Source of the DNA: Microgenomates group bacterium RBG_16_45_19
GTDB taxonomy: Bacteria > Patescibacteriota > Microgenomatia > UBA1400 > RBG-16-45-19
NCBI GenBank assembly: GCA_001803415.1
Contig: MHDC01000040.1
Location: forward strand, 21,869-85,868
Length of the DNA: 64,000 bases
Direction: 5' to 3'
In this document: one piece after another, positions 42,721 through 55,252 of the stretch
Numbering within the stretch: position 1 is the first letter of the stretch
Layout: each line of letters opens with the position of its first letter
Notes under the pieces: generated by a model
Seen by the model: the letters and a program-made list of their open reading frames with translations, nothing else
What the model was told of the DNA's origin: nothing
Database searches by the model: none
Made by a program: the position numbers and the translations under genes

Positions 42721-43104
42721 GTGAAACCTTTCCTCAAGCAAATTCTCATTACCCTCTTGGCTTTATGGTTGGTGGCCTCCCTGACTCAAAGCCTGGTGGC
42801 CGAGCCACCCTTCCCCACCTTACCCATCGCCGCTTTCTGGTTAACTATATTCCACACCCTGGTCAAACCCTTTCTTAAAATCCTCATTTTACCTTTAAAC
42901 GTGGTCACTCTCGGTCTGATTGGCTGGCTGGTCAACCTCGGCCTGCTTTACCTGGTCACGCTCTTAGTCCCCGGTTTGGCTCTCGTCCCCTTCAATCTGA
43001 CTCTGGGTGAGCTTTCCCTCTATTTTTCACCTTTGATAGCTGCTTTTCTGACTGCCTTACTCATTGAGCTCACCCGCCGCTTTTTTCACTGGCTTTTGAC
43101 TTAA
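42721..43104 (+). CDS. 4-TM phage holin family (YvlD-like) membrane protein
   Basis: VKPFLKILILPLNVVTLGL motif. GTG start 6 nt after TATACT. Confidence 0.85.
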   Translation: MKPFLKQILITLLALWLVASLTQSLVAEPPFPTLPIAAFWLTIFHTLVKPFLKILILPLNVVTLGLIGWLVNLGLLYLVTLLVPGLALVPFNLTLGELSLYFSPLIAAFLTALLIELTRRFFHWLLT

Positions 43105-43134
43105 GCCATTAGCCCCATATGATACAATCTATCC

Positions 43135-43335
43135 ATGTGGCTTAATTTTATCCAAATGGGTCTCGGTCTCTTGATTATCGTCCTGGTCATGCTTCAAAGC
43201 CAGGGTGGCGGTTTGGGGACCACTTTTGGTGGTTTGGCCACCTACCATACCAAACGTGGTTTAGAAAAAGGCATGTTTTTTACCACCATTGTCTGCGTCA
43301 GTCTATTCGGTTTGTTGTCTATTATTAGCTTGTGA
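43135..43335 (+). CDS. secG: Preprotein translocase subunit SecG
   Basis: Two TM helices, LQSQGGGLGTTFGG and TKRGLEK. Confidence 0.92.
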   Translation: MWLNFIQMGLGLLIIVLVMLQSQGGGLGTTFGGLATYHTKRGLEKGMFFTTIVCVSLFGLLSIISL

Positions 43336-44702
43336 AACTCCTCCGTCGCTGGTACTGGCTCAGTTCTGGTTTCTTAAAAAAATACCGTCTGGGTATATTT
43401 ATCAGCCTGCTTATCGGCGTTAGCGCTTTCTTAGCCAGTTTACGCCTGGTACCGATCATGTCCTTTAAACCGACTTATCACCTCGGACGGGTGGCCCGTC
43501 TCCAGGTCAATCAACTTCCCTTGGACATACAGTATCTCCTAAGCACAGGTCTAACTAAAATCGAGGCCAACGGTCAAGTCTCATTATCGGCCGCTCAATC
43601 GATGGATGTCTCTCCCGACGGTAAGACTTACACTTTCACTTTGAAACCCGGTTTGACTTGGTCCGACGGCACCCTAGTCAACACGGCCGATTTGGAACTT
43701 AAACCCAGTGACGTGACGGTGGAAACGCCGACAGCCAGCACCATCATCTTCACCCTCAAGGAACCGTTCGCTCCCTTTCCCTCGGTGGTCAGTCAACCCT
43801 TACTTAAAAAAGTCACTACCGGTCGGCTCTGGCCTCGTTCCCGTCTTATCGGCCTCTATCAGCCCGTGATTACCGATATCCAAACCAAACAGTCATTTGT
43901 CGACCAAGTCCGCCTGGAATTCACCGACAAAACTTACGTCTATCACTTTTATCCCACCGAAGCTGATAGTCTCACCGCCTTCAAATTAGGCCAAGTTGAT
44001 GCCATTACCTCTCTGACCAGACCCTATCTCACCGATTGGTCGTCGGTCGTTATCGATCAAACCCCTCAACCTAACCGTTACGTCGCCCTTTTTTTCAACA
44101 CCGCCCGACCTGAGCTCCAGGATAAAACTGTCAGACAAATGCTCAATTACGCCACCCCCAAAGATTTCACCACCGAACGGGTGATCAGCCCCATTGCCAG
44201 ATCCTCCTGGGTTTATAATCCACAAGTTAAACCCTATCCCTACCAACCTCAAACCGCTAAAGATTTACTCTCTAAATTGCAAACCAGTCAACCCGGATAC
44301 CAGCCCCAATTCACTCTAACCACCACCCCGGCTTACGCCCAAACGGCTCAAGCCATCGCCGCCGCCTGGGCTGATATAGGTCTAGTAGTCGACCTAAAAA
44401 TTGTCCCTTTTCCGGATCCGACCGATTACCAGATTATGCTTATCGGTCAACAAATTCCTGACGACCCTGATCAATACGCTCTCTGGCATTCCACTCAAGG
44501 TACCAATATCAGCCGCTATCAAAATCCCAAAATTGATAAACTCCTCGAAGACGGCCGCAAGGAACTCAATCCCCAAAAACGTCAAGAAATCTACCAAGAA
44601 TTCCAACGCTTCCTGGTTGAAGACAGCCCGGCTGTTTTCCTCTATACCCTGCCTAACTTCAATCTCAGCCGCTCTGCCCCATCCCACCGTTTGCCCAGTT
44701 AA
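43332..44702 (+). CDS. ABC transporter family 5 (OppA-like) substrate-binding protein, membrane anchored
   Basis: SPDGKTYTFTLK..WSDG, N.SRYQNPKIDKLLEDGR and DSPAVFLY. Confidence 0.9.
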   Translation: MKLLRRWYWLSSGFLKKYRLGIFISLLIGVSAFLASLRLVPIMSFKPTYHLGRVARLQVNQLPLDIQYLLSTGLTKIEANGQVSLSAAQSMDVSPDGKTYTFTLKPGLTWSDGTLVNTADLELKPSDVTVETPTASTIIFTLKEPFAPFPSVVSQPLLKKVTTGRLWPRSRLIGLYQPVITDIQTKQSFVDQVRLEFTDKTYVYHFYPTEADSLTAFKLGQVDAITSLTRPYLTDWSSVVIDQTPQPNRYVALFFNTARPELQDKTVRQMLNYATPKDFTTERVISPIARSSWVYNPQVKPYPYQPQTAKDLLSKLQTSQPGYQPQFTLTTTPAYAQTAQAIAAAWADIGLVVDLKIVPFPDPTDYQIMLIGQQIPDDPDQYALWHSTQGTNISRYQNPKIDKLLEDGRKELNPQKRQEIYQEFQRFLVEDSPAVFLYTLPNFNLSRSAPSHRLPS

Positions 44703-46702
44703 GGCATCAACCGTTTCAGGGCTTCATTCTCCGGCGCTAACAAGATCGCTCGACTGAGCCAAAAGCGGTCAGCCTCGATTTGACTCTCCTGAGATAGTTG
44801 GAGTTGATCTAAATATTGAGTTAGCGACGGTGGCGTGTAAGCGGCGTAAGTGTTGTGGGCTTGGTAGGCCCAATTTGCGATGGCTAACGACTCGGTCAAA
44901 GCCGTTCCTGTGGCCGTCGTTGGTGCCAGGGTCAAAGCCTGCTGCCGTAGTTGTTCGGCCGCTGCCGGGTAGCCTAACCTAGCCCAATAATAAGCCAGCT
45001 GGGCTAGAATCTCTGCCTGTTGAGCTCGGAAACCTTGCCACCACGGGTGTAACCGGTCTTGGCTGACGACTGCTGGTGTTTGATAACCAAATTTGGTTAA
45101 CGGTTCGGGCATCGTCCGGCCGATTGCCAAGGTATAACCGTAGGGAGCCGCATAAAAAGGATTCCCTTCGACTCCTAAAAAGCTAAGTAGGGCCGCACTG
45201 GGATCATACAGAAAGATCGGTTGATTTAAGTCCGACCAAACCGACATGATTCGCTCTAAAGCTTCGGTCTCGGTCGTTAATTTGGCAAATGGCAGCTTAA
45301 TCTGATTTGGTGGCAGCGCCGTCAACTCAAATCTTAACGGTCGCACCTGGATATCTGGCCTTAAACCCAAGACCAACTGTTGATAGAGTAGCGCAAATAT
45401 CAAATCACCATCAACCAATAAATGACTATTCAAGGGTAGGGAATTAAGCACCGCTTGCGCCTGACCGGCCATCACCTCGGGTTGACTTAAGTGGCTCTGG
45501 TTTAACCGCCAACCGGACCACCCACTCATCATTAAACCGGCGACCAAACCCCACCCCAGCCAATTTTGTTTCAGTCTCAACAATTGATCCCAGCCCCAAC
45601 TGGTCATCAACACTAGGGGCAGCGCGGCGGCATACTGCATTCGCCAGCGTAAGGCTAAGCCCCACCAATAAGCCACTTCGTTTGCCGCAGGCCAGGTAGG
45701 AAATCTAAGGTATAGGGCCACCGCCAAACCAGCCAGGCCAAAACTCACTCCCAACCACCAAAAGACTCGGCGTTCCCGTTTAAATAAACTGAATAAGCCC
45801 AATATCGCCAGCCCCAAACCTAAGCCATGGCTCTCTTGCATCCAACCTTTAGCCCAGACTACCGCCGACTGGGTTAACTGCCGACCATCAAACTTGTTGA
45901 CATCCAGCTCAATGGCCGACCCTTGACTGGTATAACTTAAGCGACGATAAAACTTTAAGACCCCACTAACGCTTGGCTCCACCGGCCAGCTATAATCAGC
46001 CTCGTTTCTCGGCCAAATTCCATACAGACTAAACGATAAGCCAAACATTAACCCCAGGCCGATTAAAGCCCTGATCACCCATGGTTTTTGAGATAATCGC
46101 TTGGCTCGTGTCACTTGCCAGCCAAAGATCCAGCTCGGCAAGATCAAGGTCACCGTTAAGGGATGATAAAACAACGCCGCCCCCCCAAACATTCCCGCCC
46201 CCAAGCCATACCACCGCTGTTTATCCATCCGGGTCACCGCCTCCACTAAGCTCCACCAAGCTAAAAGACAGAAACTTTGGGCCAAAGGAAATACCTCCAA
46301 GACTCGCGCATTTAGCCAAGTAGTTTGCCATAAACCAAATCCTACCGCACTTAAACCGGCTGCGGCTAACCAGCGCTTTCGACCCCTTTTGCCAAAACGT
46401 GTCCCGATGGTGTAGCTTAACCCCATTACCAAGCCCACATTCAGGGCACTGATACCACTGTTAAACCGGTTGGCGGCTAAAGCCACTTGAGGTCCCTGAA
46501 ATCCATGAAGCCAGGGATAAAGTAAACTGACCAGATAGGGATAACCGGGGGGGTGAGCCAAACCGCCAAAATAGGCGGCCATGGTTAAATCGTCCGAATC
46601 GGCATAATTCACCGGTCCTTTAAAGGCAAAATAACCATAAAGGCCAAAGAAGCCTAAGCCAATTACCAAGCCGACTAACCTTAATCCTTTCATCAGCCTC
46701 AA
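44699..46702 (-). CDS. DUF2723/TMEM260-like GT-C membrane glycosyltransferase
   Basis: DSDDLTMAAY.GGLAHPPGYP signature, EV and HP motifs, multiple TM helices, YQQLVLGLRPD. Confidence 0.82.
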   Translation of the reverse strand: MRLMKGLRLVGLVIGLGFFGLYGYFAFKGPVNYADSDDLTMAAYFGGLAHPPGYPYLVSLLYPWLHGFQGPQVALAANRFNSGISALNVGLVMGLSYTIGTRFGKRGRKRWLAAAGLSAVGFGLWQTTWLNARVLEVFPLAQSFCLLAWWSLVEAVTRMDKQRWYGLGAGMFGGAALFYHPLTVTLILPSWIFGWQVTRAKRLSQKPWVIRALIGLGLMFGLSFSLYGIWPRNEADYSWPVEPSVSGVLKFYRRLSYTSQGSAIELDVNKFDGRQLTQSAVVWAKGWMQESHGLGLGLAILGLFSLFKRERRVFWWLGVSFGLAGLAVALYLRFPTWPAANEVAYWWGLALRWRMQYAAALPLVLMTSWGWDQLLRLKQNWLGWGLVAGLMMSGWSGWRLNQSHLSQPEVMAGQAQAVLNSLPLNSHLLVDGDLIFALLYQQLVLGLRPDIQVRPLRFELTALPPNQIKLPFAKLTTETEALERIMSVWSDLNQPIFLYDPSAALLSFLGVEGNPFYAAPYGYTLAIGRTMPEPLTKFGYQTPAVVSQDRLHPWWQGFRAQQAEILAQLAYYWARLGYPAAAEQLRQQALTLAPTTATGTALTESLAIANWAYQAHNTYAAYTPPSLTQYLDQLQLSQESQIEADRFWLSRAILLAPENEALKRLMP

Positions 46703-47337
46703 TCAACCTTTAGTGGGTGGATAATCTGGGGTAAATCACCTAACGGGGTAAACAAGATTTCTTTAACATCAGTCCCCTCAATTAAACTGATGCTGGCGTT
46801 GAAAGCTGCTTGCTCACCCGGCTTTAACACTTGACTGTTATTCACCGATAAAGCGGCTTTCGGGACAATAATATCGCCGTCTTTCATGATCGACACCGCC
46901 AACAGAGTCGGCAAACCACTACTGACGGCTTTATTGGTCAAAGTGGCATCGACCATAAATTTTCTGGCTGTTGGTTCAGCTAAATTTATTGATAATCTGG
47001 GATAGCTCAAATCCAGCCTATACCCATCATAATCATACATACCCCCTTTGCCGTAATTAACCGCGGTTTCGTCGGGATTTACCGTGGGTTCTGGCTGTTC
47101 AGGACTCGGTTTGGCTAAATCAGTCTCTGACGCTTGTTCACCCAAGACCACTCCGGGCAGGGCTGATTGGGTTAACTGGGCTAAGATGGCTACCGCCTCT
47201 TCCGTCGGCGGCGTCGGTATCAACGAACCGGCTAATAATCGACTCAAGGCAAAAAAGCTGACCACCACCACTAATAACAGCACCACGCCGCTAAACAACA
47301 GTTCTTCCCTAAACTGTGACAAATCCGCCGTTTTCAT
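46699..47337 (-). CDS. Membrane-anchored hypothetical protein with an extracellular beta-sandwich-like domain
   Basis: N-terminal TM, Pro/Glu linker and beta-rich C-terminus (LKPGEQ). 4-nt overlaps with both neighbours. Confidence 0.75.
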   Translation of the reverse strand: MKTADLSQFREELLFSGVVLLLVVVVSFFALSRLLAGSLIPTPPTEEAVAILAQLTQSALPGVVLGEQASETDLAKPSPEQPEPTVNPDETAVNYGKGGMYDYDGYRLDLSYPRLSINLAEPTARKFMVDATLTNKAVSSGLPTLLAVSIMKDGDIIVPKAALSVNNSQVLKPGEQAAFNASISLIEGTDVKEILFTPLGDLPQIIHPLKVD

Positions 47338-47870
47338 TTTCGTTTAGCCCGGCTGTTTGAGCGCTTAAATATGGGCGCCACCCAATCAATCCGGTCTGTC
47401 TCCAACCTCAATTGTTCTTCCCATGGTACTTTGGCCAACCCCACAAACACCGGGTCGTTCATGACTGTCCCTGGAAGTTGTTTTTGCCAACGCTTCAAGT
47501 GCCATTCCACTCGCTCCAACATTAAACTCAAAGCCGCCAAGGTTCGCTCCAATCGTTTCCAGGCTTCGGCCGGTGGTTGATCAGCCGCGATCACCTTCAG
47601 GTAGGCGTTTAATTCCGCCTCACTCCTTAAGGCAAATCCTAGCCAACTCTCCAAATATAAGGGTAAATGGACGAGTTGCGCCCAACTGAGTCGGGCGGCC
47701 TGCTGCCGCTCGGCCGGTTGCTCGTCTAAACTCTGATACCATTTGAGCCAAAATCGCTGTCCCGGGCCGCTCTCCAGACTGCGTTTCAGTCTTTTGAGAT
47801 GTTGCTCTAAGGTCTGCTGATATTGTTGGCGCAGCTGTTCACTGGCCGATAAACTTTTCTGCATCTTCAT
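47334..47870 (-). CDS. Hypothetical helical protein
   Basis: 178-aa ORF translationally coupled to the next gene and divergent from ATPase cluster 2. Confidence 0.65.
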   Translation of the reverse strand: MKMQKSLSASEQLRQQYQQTLEQHLKRLKRSLESGPGQRFWLKWYQSLDEQPAERQQAARLSWAQLVHLPLYLESWLGFALRSEAELNAYLKVIAADQPPAEAWKRLERTLAALSLMLERVEWHLKRWQKQLPGTVMNDPVFVGLAKVPWEEQLRLETDRIDWVAPIFKRSNSRAKRK

Positions 47871-47910
47871 CCTTGGCTCTCAGGTTGTTACTATATAAAT
47901 GTAGTTTACC

Positions 47911-49881
47911 GTGAATATGCGCTACTTAAAATGCTTTATCAGCCTTACTATACTCGTTCTGGTTTTTCTTGGCAAAACCACCCCGGCTTCGGCCCAAACT
48001 TTAACCTCTTTTACCTTTGACAATTTTGCCTCCGGCAGCAACAAAACTGCCGGTTTACCCTTCAACCTCACCATCACCGCCCGAGATGAAAATGGTGACG
48101 TTTTAACCACCTTCACCGAGACCACCAACCTGACTGACACCACCGGCACTATCTATCCCACCCAAACTCAAAACTTTACCGCTGGCATTTGGTCAGGTCA
48201 AGCCGCCATCTCCGAAGCTCAGAGTAATGTGGTCATTACCGTTAGCTCCGGTTCAGTCGATGACAACTCCGCCAGCTTTATTGTTGATCCCGATAGCCGG
48301 ATCAAATTCTTGGCGGTTATTGCCGGCAACAACCAAACCGGTCAGGTTTATACCCAACTCTCCACCGCCTTTCAAGTCCGCTCCATCGACCCTTACGGCA
48401 ATCCCTTGACCAATTTAGGGGTGAACTTCGCCATTACCAGTGCGCCGCCTAACGCCACCGGTCAAAGTTTAACTAATTACTCGACTACCACCAATAGCTC
48501 CGGTAACGCCACCACCCTCCTAACCCTGGGTCGTAAAACCGGAACTTATATCGTCTCGGCCGCTCTCACCACCGGTGTGGCTACCAGTGTCCCCTTCTTT
48601 GCCACGGCCACTGCCGGTCCGTTAATCTCTCTAGGCTTAAGCCCCGCGGTTGCCGTCGTTCCGGCTGGAGGCTACTTTCCTTTCACCGTCATTGGCTATG
48701 ACAGCTTTAATAACCAAACCAGCGACCCCTCGGTCACTTGGTCGGTTCAAAACGGTGGCGGCACGATTGACAGTATCGGTGTCTTTTACGCTGGCTCTAC
48801 CCTTGGCACCTACATGAACACAGTCAAAGTTCAAACTACTACCATCGGCACCACCGCTACCGTCGCCATCGTTTCGGCTGCGGGTGAAAGCGGTACTGCC
48901 ACCTATAGCGGTGTGCCTCAACCGACACCCTTACCTACTTTAACCCCGGTCCCCACCCCAACTATGGGCCCCGGGGTGCTCTACGACGTTCAAGTCGATC
49001 CCTCAGTCATCTCCGCTCTCACTAACGCCCGCATTCCCATTATCGCCGAAGGTGTCGATATTTTTGGCAATCAGGTTACCGGTGTTAGTTACACCTTCCA
49101 GACCACCGGTGACTTAGGTACCATTGTCCAAACTGGTCCCACCACCGCCATTCTCCAAACTGGCCCCTCCGGCCTAGGTACCGTTACCGTCACCGCTCAA
49201 CAAGGAGCCATCATTCGGACTGCCAATATTGCCGGCAGTATTGGTAACGGCTTGAATCGCCGTCTGGTCATCGAGGACATTCCCAGTCCCCAAAAAGTCG
49301 GCGTTCCCTTTACCATTTCCATTGCCGCCAAAGATACTCAAAACAACTTTGTCACCGATTATGACGGTCCGATTGTTTTGGCCGATACCACCGCCACCAT
49401 CAACCCTTCGGTGGTCCAACCTAATCAAAACGGTATCTGGTATATTCAAGCAGTTATTAACCTCGCCAATCCGGAAGTCACCATCACCGCCGCCGGTGAT
49501 GGCATGGTTGGTGTTTCCAATATCTTTGCGGTCGAGGGTGAGCCGGCTCAAATTCCCGGTTTGGCGGCTTTAGGTTATGGTGGGGGTGGCCTGGGGACTG
49601 TCCTTGGGGCTTCCATCTCAGCCCTCCTCGAAAAAATGCTTTTGACCGAGGACATCAATCGCTATGGGCTCTTTCGTTACCTTGGTGCCGGCTTTGCCGC
49701 TGGTTTGGGCATTTTAGGCGCTTCTATCGGTGGTGGTTTGATGGTTGCCCGGGGTTTAGAAGCCATCGGCCGCAACCCCTACGCTAAATCACGCCTCCAG
49801 CTCAATCTCTATGCCAGCGTCGCCGCTTTCGTCTTCGCCGCCACTTTGGCGGTTGTCGCCTGCTACCTCATCTTAGGTTAA
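47911..49881 (+). CDS. Secreted multi-Ig-like protein fused to a C-terminal ATP synthase c-subunit-like hairpin
   Basis: Signal peptide (..PASA-Q), about five beta-sandwich repeats and a Pro/Thr linker. Ends in [32 protein letters not shown] plus a second TM helix. Start is 47911 or 47917. Confidence 0.88.
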   Translation: MNMRYLKCFISLTILVLVFLGKTTPASAQTLTSFTFDNFASGSNKTAGLPFNLTITARDENGDVLTTFTETTNLTDTTGTIYPTQTQNFTAGIWSGQAAISEAQSNVVITVSSGSVDDNSASFIVDPDSRIKFLAVIAGNNQTGQVYTQLSTAFQVRSIDPYGNPLTNLGVNFAITSAPPNATGQSLTNYSTTTNSSGNATTLLTLGRKTGTYIVSAALTTGVATSVPFFATATAGPLISLGLSPAVAVVPAGGYFPFTVIGYDSFNNQTSDPSVTWSVQNGGGTIDSIGVFYAGSTLGTYMNTVKVQTTTIGTTATVAIVSAAGESGTATYSGVPQPTPLPTLTPVPTPTMGPGVLYDVQVDPSVISALTNARIPIIAEGVDIFGNQVTGVSYTFQTTGDLGTIVQTGPTTAILQTGPSGLGTVTVTAQQGAIIRTANIAGSIGNGLNRRLVIEDIPSPQKVGVPFTISIAAKDTQNNFVTDYDGPIVLADTTATINPSVVQPNQNGIWYIQAVINLANPEVTITAAGDGMVGVSNIFAVEGEPAQIPGLAALGYGGGGLGTVLGASISALLEKMLLTEDINRYGLFRYLGAGFAAGLGILGASIGGGLMVARGLEAIGRNPYAKSRLQLNLYASVAAFVFAATLAVVACYLILG

Positions 49882-49891
49882 TCCGTTTGCC

Positions 49892-49920
49892 TTGCGTTCA
49901 CCGCTTTAGCTTGCTACAGT
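49892..49920 (+). promoter_or_regulatory. Possible internal promoter upstream of b2
   Basis: TTGCGT, 17-bp spacer, TACAGT with a TG extension. Confidence 0.4.
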
Positions 49921-49951
49921 AGAGACAGATTATCAGTCACTCTATCTGCCC

Positions 49952-50470
49952 ATGGATTCTTGGATTGTTTATACTGGCCTAACCGTCGTTTACATCATTA
50001 TTTTGATCATCTATTTCTTCCGTCGCTCCCGTTCTCATGAACGTGAACTCCACCAATTTCTCCAGGTGGCCGAAGATCAACTCAAACACCGCCAAGCCGA
50101 AATCAATCAGGATGCCAAACAAAAAATTTCCAAAGCTTATTCCCTAGTCAAACAGGTCCATGATATCGCCGCCGCTTTTGAAAAACAGGCTCAAACCGAA
50201 TATGACCAAATCGTTGAGGATGCCAAAGTCGAAAGGCAAGAACTAATCGCCAAAACTAAAACTGACATTGCTGATCTGTTTAAACAGGCAGACCGGGAAA
50301 TTGCCGAATATAAAGCCGCCCGTTTTAAAGAAGTCGAACGCAACCTGGTTAAGCTGGTGATGGCGGTGACTCAAAAGGCTTTAGGTAAAAGCCTGTCCAC
50401 CTCTGACCACCGCCAACTGATCCTCAGCGCCCTGGATGAAGTCATTCAGAAACAAAGTCAAAGTCAATAA
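49952..50470 (+). CDS. atpF: ATP synthase b-like subunit (cluster 2)
   Basis: N-terminal TM, coiled coil and b-type C-terminus (LVMAVTQKALGKSLSTSDHRQLI). Confidence 0.8.
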   Translation: MDSWIVYTGLTVVYIIILIIYFFRRSRSHERELHQFLQVAEDQLKHRQAEINQDAKQKISKAYSLVKQVHDIAAAFEKQAQTEYDQIVEDAKVERQELIAKTKTDIADLFKQADREIAEYKAARFKEVERNLVKLVMAVTQKALGKSLSTSDHRQLILSALDEVIQKQSQSQ

Positions 50471-50473
50471 TTT

Positions 50474-51064
50474 ATGCCCGTTTCGCCGTCCAAACTGGCC
50501 CACCAATTTTTTGCCAGTCTTTACACCACTGCCGACGTCAAAGCCGTTTCCGATCAGCTCGAAGCCTTAAGTCAAAACCAGACTTTTAAGGTACACGCTC
50601 ATCGCATCGTTACCGATAGTCAATTAACCGATAATCAAAAAGGGACTCAGCTGCTCTACCTGCTCCGCCAAATCGATCAGCCGTTGCTTTACGATTTTTT
50701 TTCTGACCTCATCAGTGCTCACCATATATGGCTGTTTCATCATGATAAAATCGACTATTTTGACAAATTCGTTCAGGCTTTTCAGCAAGTCATTGATACC
50801 TGCCCGGTTTTCTACTTAACCACCGCCACCCCGCTGCACCCTAGCGATTATCCCGCCCTGATCCAAAAAATCAAAACCGGTCTTGGTCTGCGCGTCCTCC
50901 TCCAGACCAATGTTAATCCTGCCCTAATTGGCGGGGTCCAAGTTAAATTGGAAAATTATCTTTATGATGTCTCGATTCGTTCAAAACTGAATCAATTCCA
51001 AGCTCAATGGTTAAAGACTCTCGATGAATCCGACAGTTTGGTGGGGCACCACGATCCCGGTTAA
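50474..51064 (+). CDS. atpH: ATP synthase delta-like subunit (cluster 2, full length)
   Basis: TTATPL...VNPALIGGVQVKLENYLYDVSIRSKL plus an N-terminal helical domain. Confidence 0.85.
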   Translation: MPVSPSKLAHQFFASLYTTADVKAVSDQLEALSQNQTFKVHAHRIVTDSQLTDNQKGTQLLYLLRQIDQPLLYDFFSDLISAHHIWLFHHDKIDYFDKFVQAFQQVIDTCPVFYLTTATPLHPSDYPALIQKIKTGLGLRVLLQTNVNPALIGGVQVKLENYLYDVSIRSKLNQFQAQWLKTLDESDSLVGHHDPG

Positions 51065-51066
51065 CT

Positions 51067-52678
51067 ATGACCACGAACAGCCAAACCATCGAAGACGCTT
51101 TGTCCGGTCTGACCACGCCTCCGTCTGACTCCGATGCCACGACCACCCCGGCCGAAACCATTTCTTTTCCGGAAATTCTCGATTATGCCTTCCCTGAGGA
51201 ACCACCAGTCTCCCGTCTTACCCAAGTCGGTGAAGTCACTTACATCGGTGACGGTGTTTGTCAGGTTACCGGTCTTGATCAAGCCAAAATCGATGAAGTC
51301 ATTACCATCAAAACTGGCCGCGGTCAGATCCAAGCGATTATTTTCGGCATCACTCCGGACCGAGTCGAATCGGTTGTCTTAGGTGACTATACTAAAATCA
51401 AGCGAGGGGACGTCGCCCAGTCCTCCGGCAGTCGCTTAAAACTGCCGGTGGGTAAACCGCTCTTAGGTCGAGTTGTCAATCCCTTAGGTCAAGCTATGGA
51501 CAATCAGGGTCGGATTAAAGCCCTTGATTACCACCAATTAGAATTCACCTCCCCCGGAGTGGTTGACCGGGATCCGGTCACCATTCCCCTCCATACCGGG
51601 ATTATGGCCATCGACGCTACTATTCCTATCGGCCGCGGTCAGCGTGAATTGGTTATTGGTGATCGTAAAACCGGTAAAAGCCGAACCATGTTGGACATCA
51701 TCTCCAATCAAAAAAACAATGGTGTCTTTTGTATCTACGTTGGCATCGGTATTCAAGCCGCCAAAGCCAAAGCCACTTACGAACTGTTAAAAGCTCGTGA
51801 GGCCTTATCTTATACCACCATGGTCTTAGCCTTTTCTGATGATCCCCCCTCCCTTCAATATCTAGCCCCTTATGCTGGAGCTGCCTTGGGTGAATACTAT
51901 ATGTACTCTGGCCAACACGCCCTGGTTATCTACGATGACTTGACTAAACAAGCCAAAGCCTATCGCCAAGTCTCTCTCTTGTTAAAACGGTCCCCGGGTC
52001 GGGATGCTTACCCTGGGGATATTTTCTTCCTCCACTCACGCCTCTTGGAAAGAGCCGCCCAACTCAACCACCGTCTTGGTGGTGGTTCCTTAACCTCCTT
52101 ACCCATTGCCGAAACCCAGTCCGGTGATATTTCCGACTACATTATTACCAATCTGATGTCGATTACCGATGGTCACATCTTCCTCGACGCAGCCTTGATG
52201 CATGAAGGCATCATGCCGGCCATTAACTCCGGTGCTTCCGTTTCCCGTATCGGCGGCAAAGTCCAAACCAAGCTCTTGCAAAAGGTCGGTGAATTGGCCT
52301 CTCGGATTCTGGCTCGCTATGAAGAGGTCAAATCCTACGAAACCATCAATACCGAAATTTCAGCCGACACTGTCGCCGAAATCAATCGAGGGAAAAGGCT
52401 TAAGGAAATCTTCGCCCAAGATAGCGATACCCGTTTCACCTTAGCTGAAACAGTCGTTTTTCTGGCCTTGGCTACCTCACCCCAAATGGATCACTTGACT
52501 CTCGACCAGGTTAGGTTCTTCAAGAGTCATTTCCCTCAATTCCTCCGTCAGCAACTGACCACTGATGCCATCCACGCCTTACGCACCGAAACCACTTTAG
52601 CTGCCGTCGCCCCGATTCTTGATAGCCTGATCCAACGCTTTTGCCATGTCAATCAATTACCCCCACCAACCACTCCTT

Positions 52679-52692
<14 letters not shown>
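51067..52692 (+). CDS. atpA: F1 alpha subunit (cluster 2, divergent)
   Basis: [27 protein letters not shown] and SVSRIGG. Confidence 0.94.
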
Positions 52693-54980
<2,288 letters not shown>

Positions 54981-54982
54981 CT

Positions 54983-55252
54983 ATGCCAGACGAAGTCTTT
55001 AATTTGGTTATAGTTACCCCCGAAACCACTGTCTACGAAGGCCAAGTGGCCAAACTGATTGCCCCCGGCATCTATCAAGACATTGCCATTCTCCCTAACC
55101 ATACTCCGCTTTACGCTCAACTCATCAAAGGCCAGATCCGTTTGACTGATTCGACCGGTCAGGTGGAAACGTTTACCATTGACGGCGGCATCATCAGAGT
55201 CAAACACAATCACGTTTCCGTTATTGTCGGTTTCCACGGTCACTCACCTTAA
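54983..55252 (+). CDS. atpC: F1 epsilon subunit, N-terminal beta domain only (cluster 2)
   Basis: IVTPE, ILPNHTP and IDGG. Ends at 89 aa. Confidence 0.88.
   Translation: MPDEVFNLVIVTPETTVYEGQVAKLIAPGIYQDIAILPNHTPLYAQLIKGQIRLTDSTGQVETFTIDGGIIRVKHNHVSVIVGFHGHSP

Noticed and set aside
42685..43104. Prophage implied by a holin-family gene
   Set aside because: No phage structural, terminase or integrase genes are present. This 4-TM family is commonly chromosomal and here sits beside secG.
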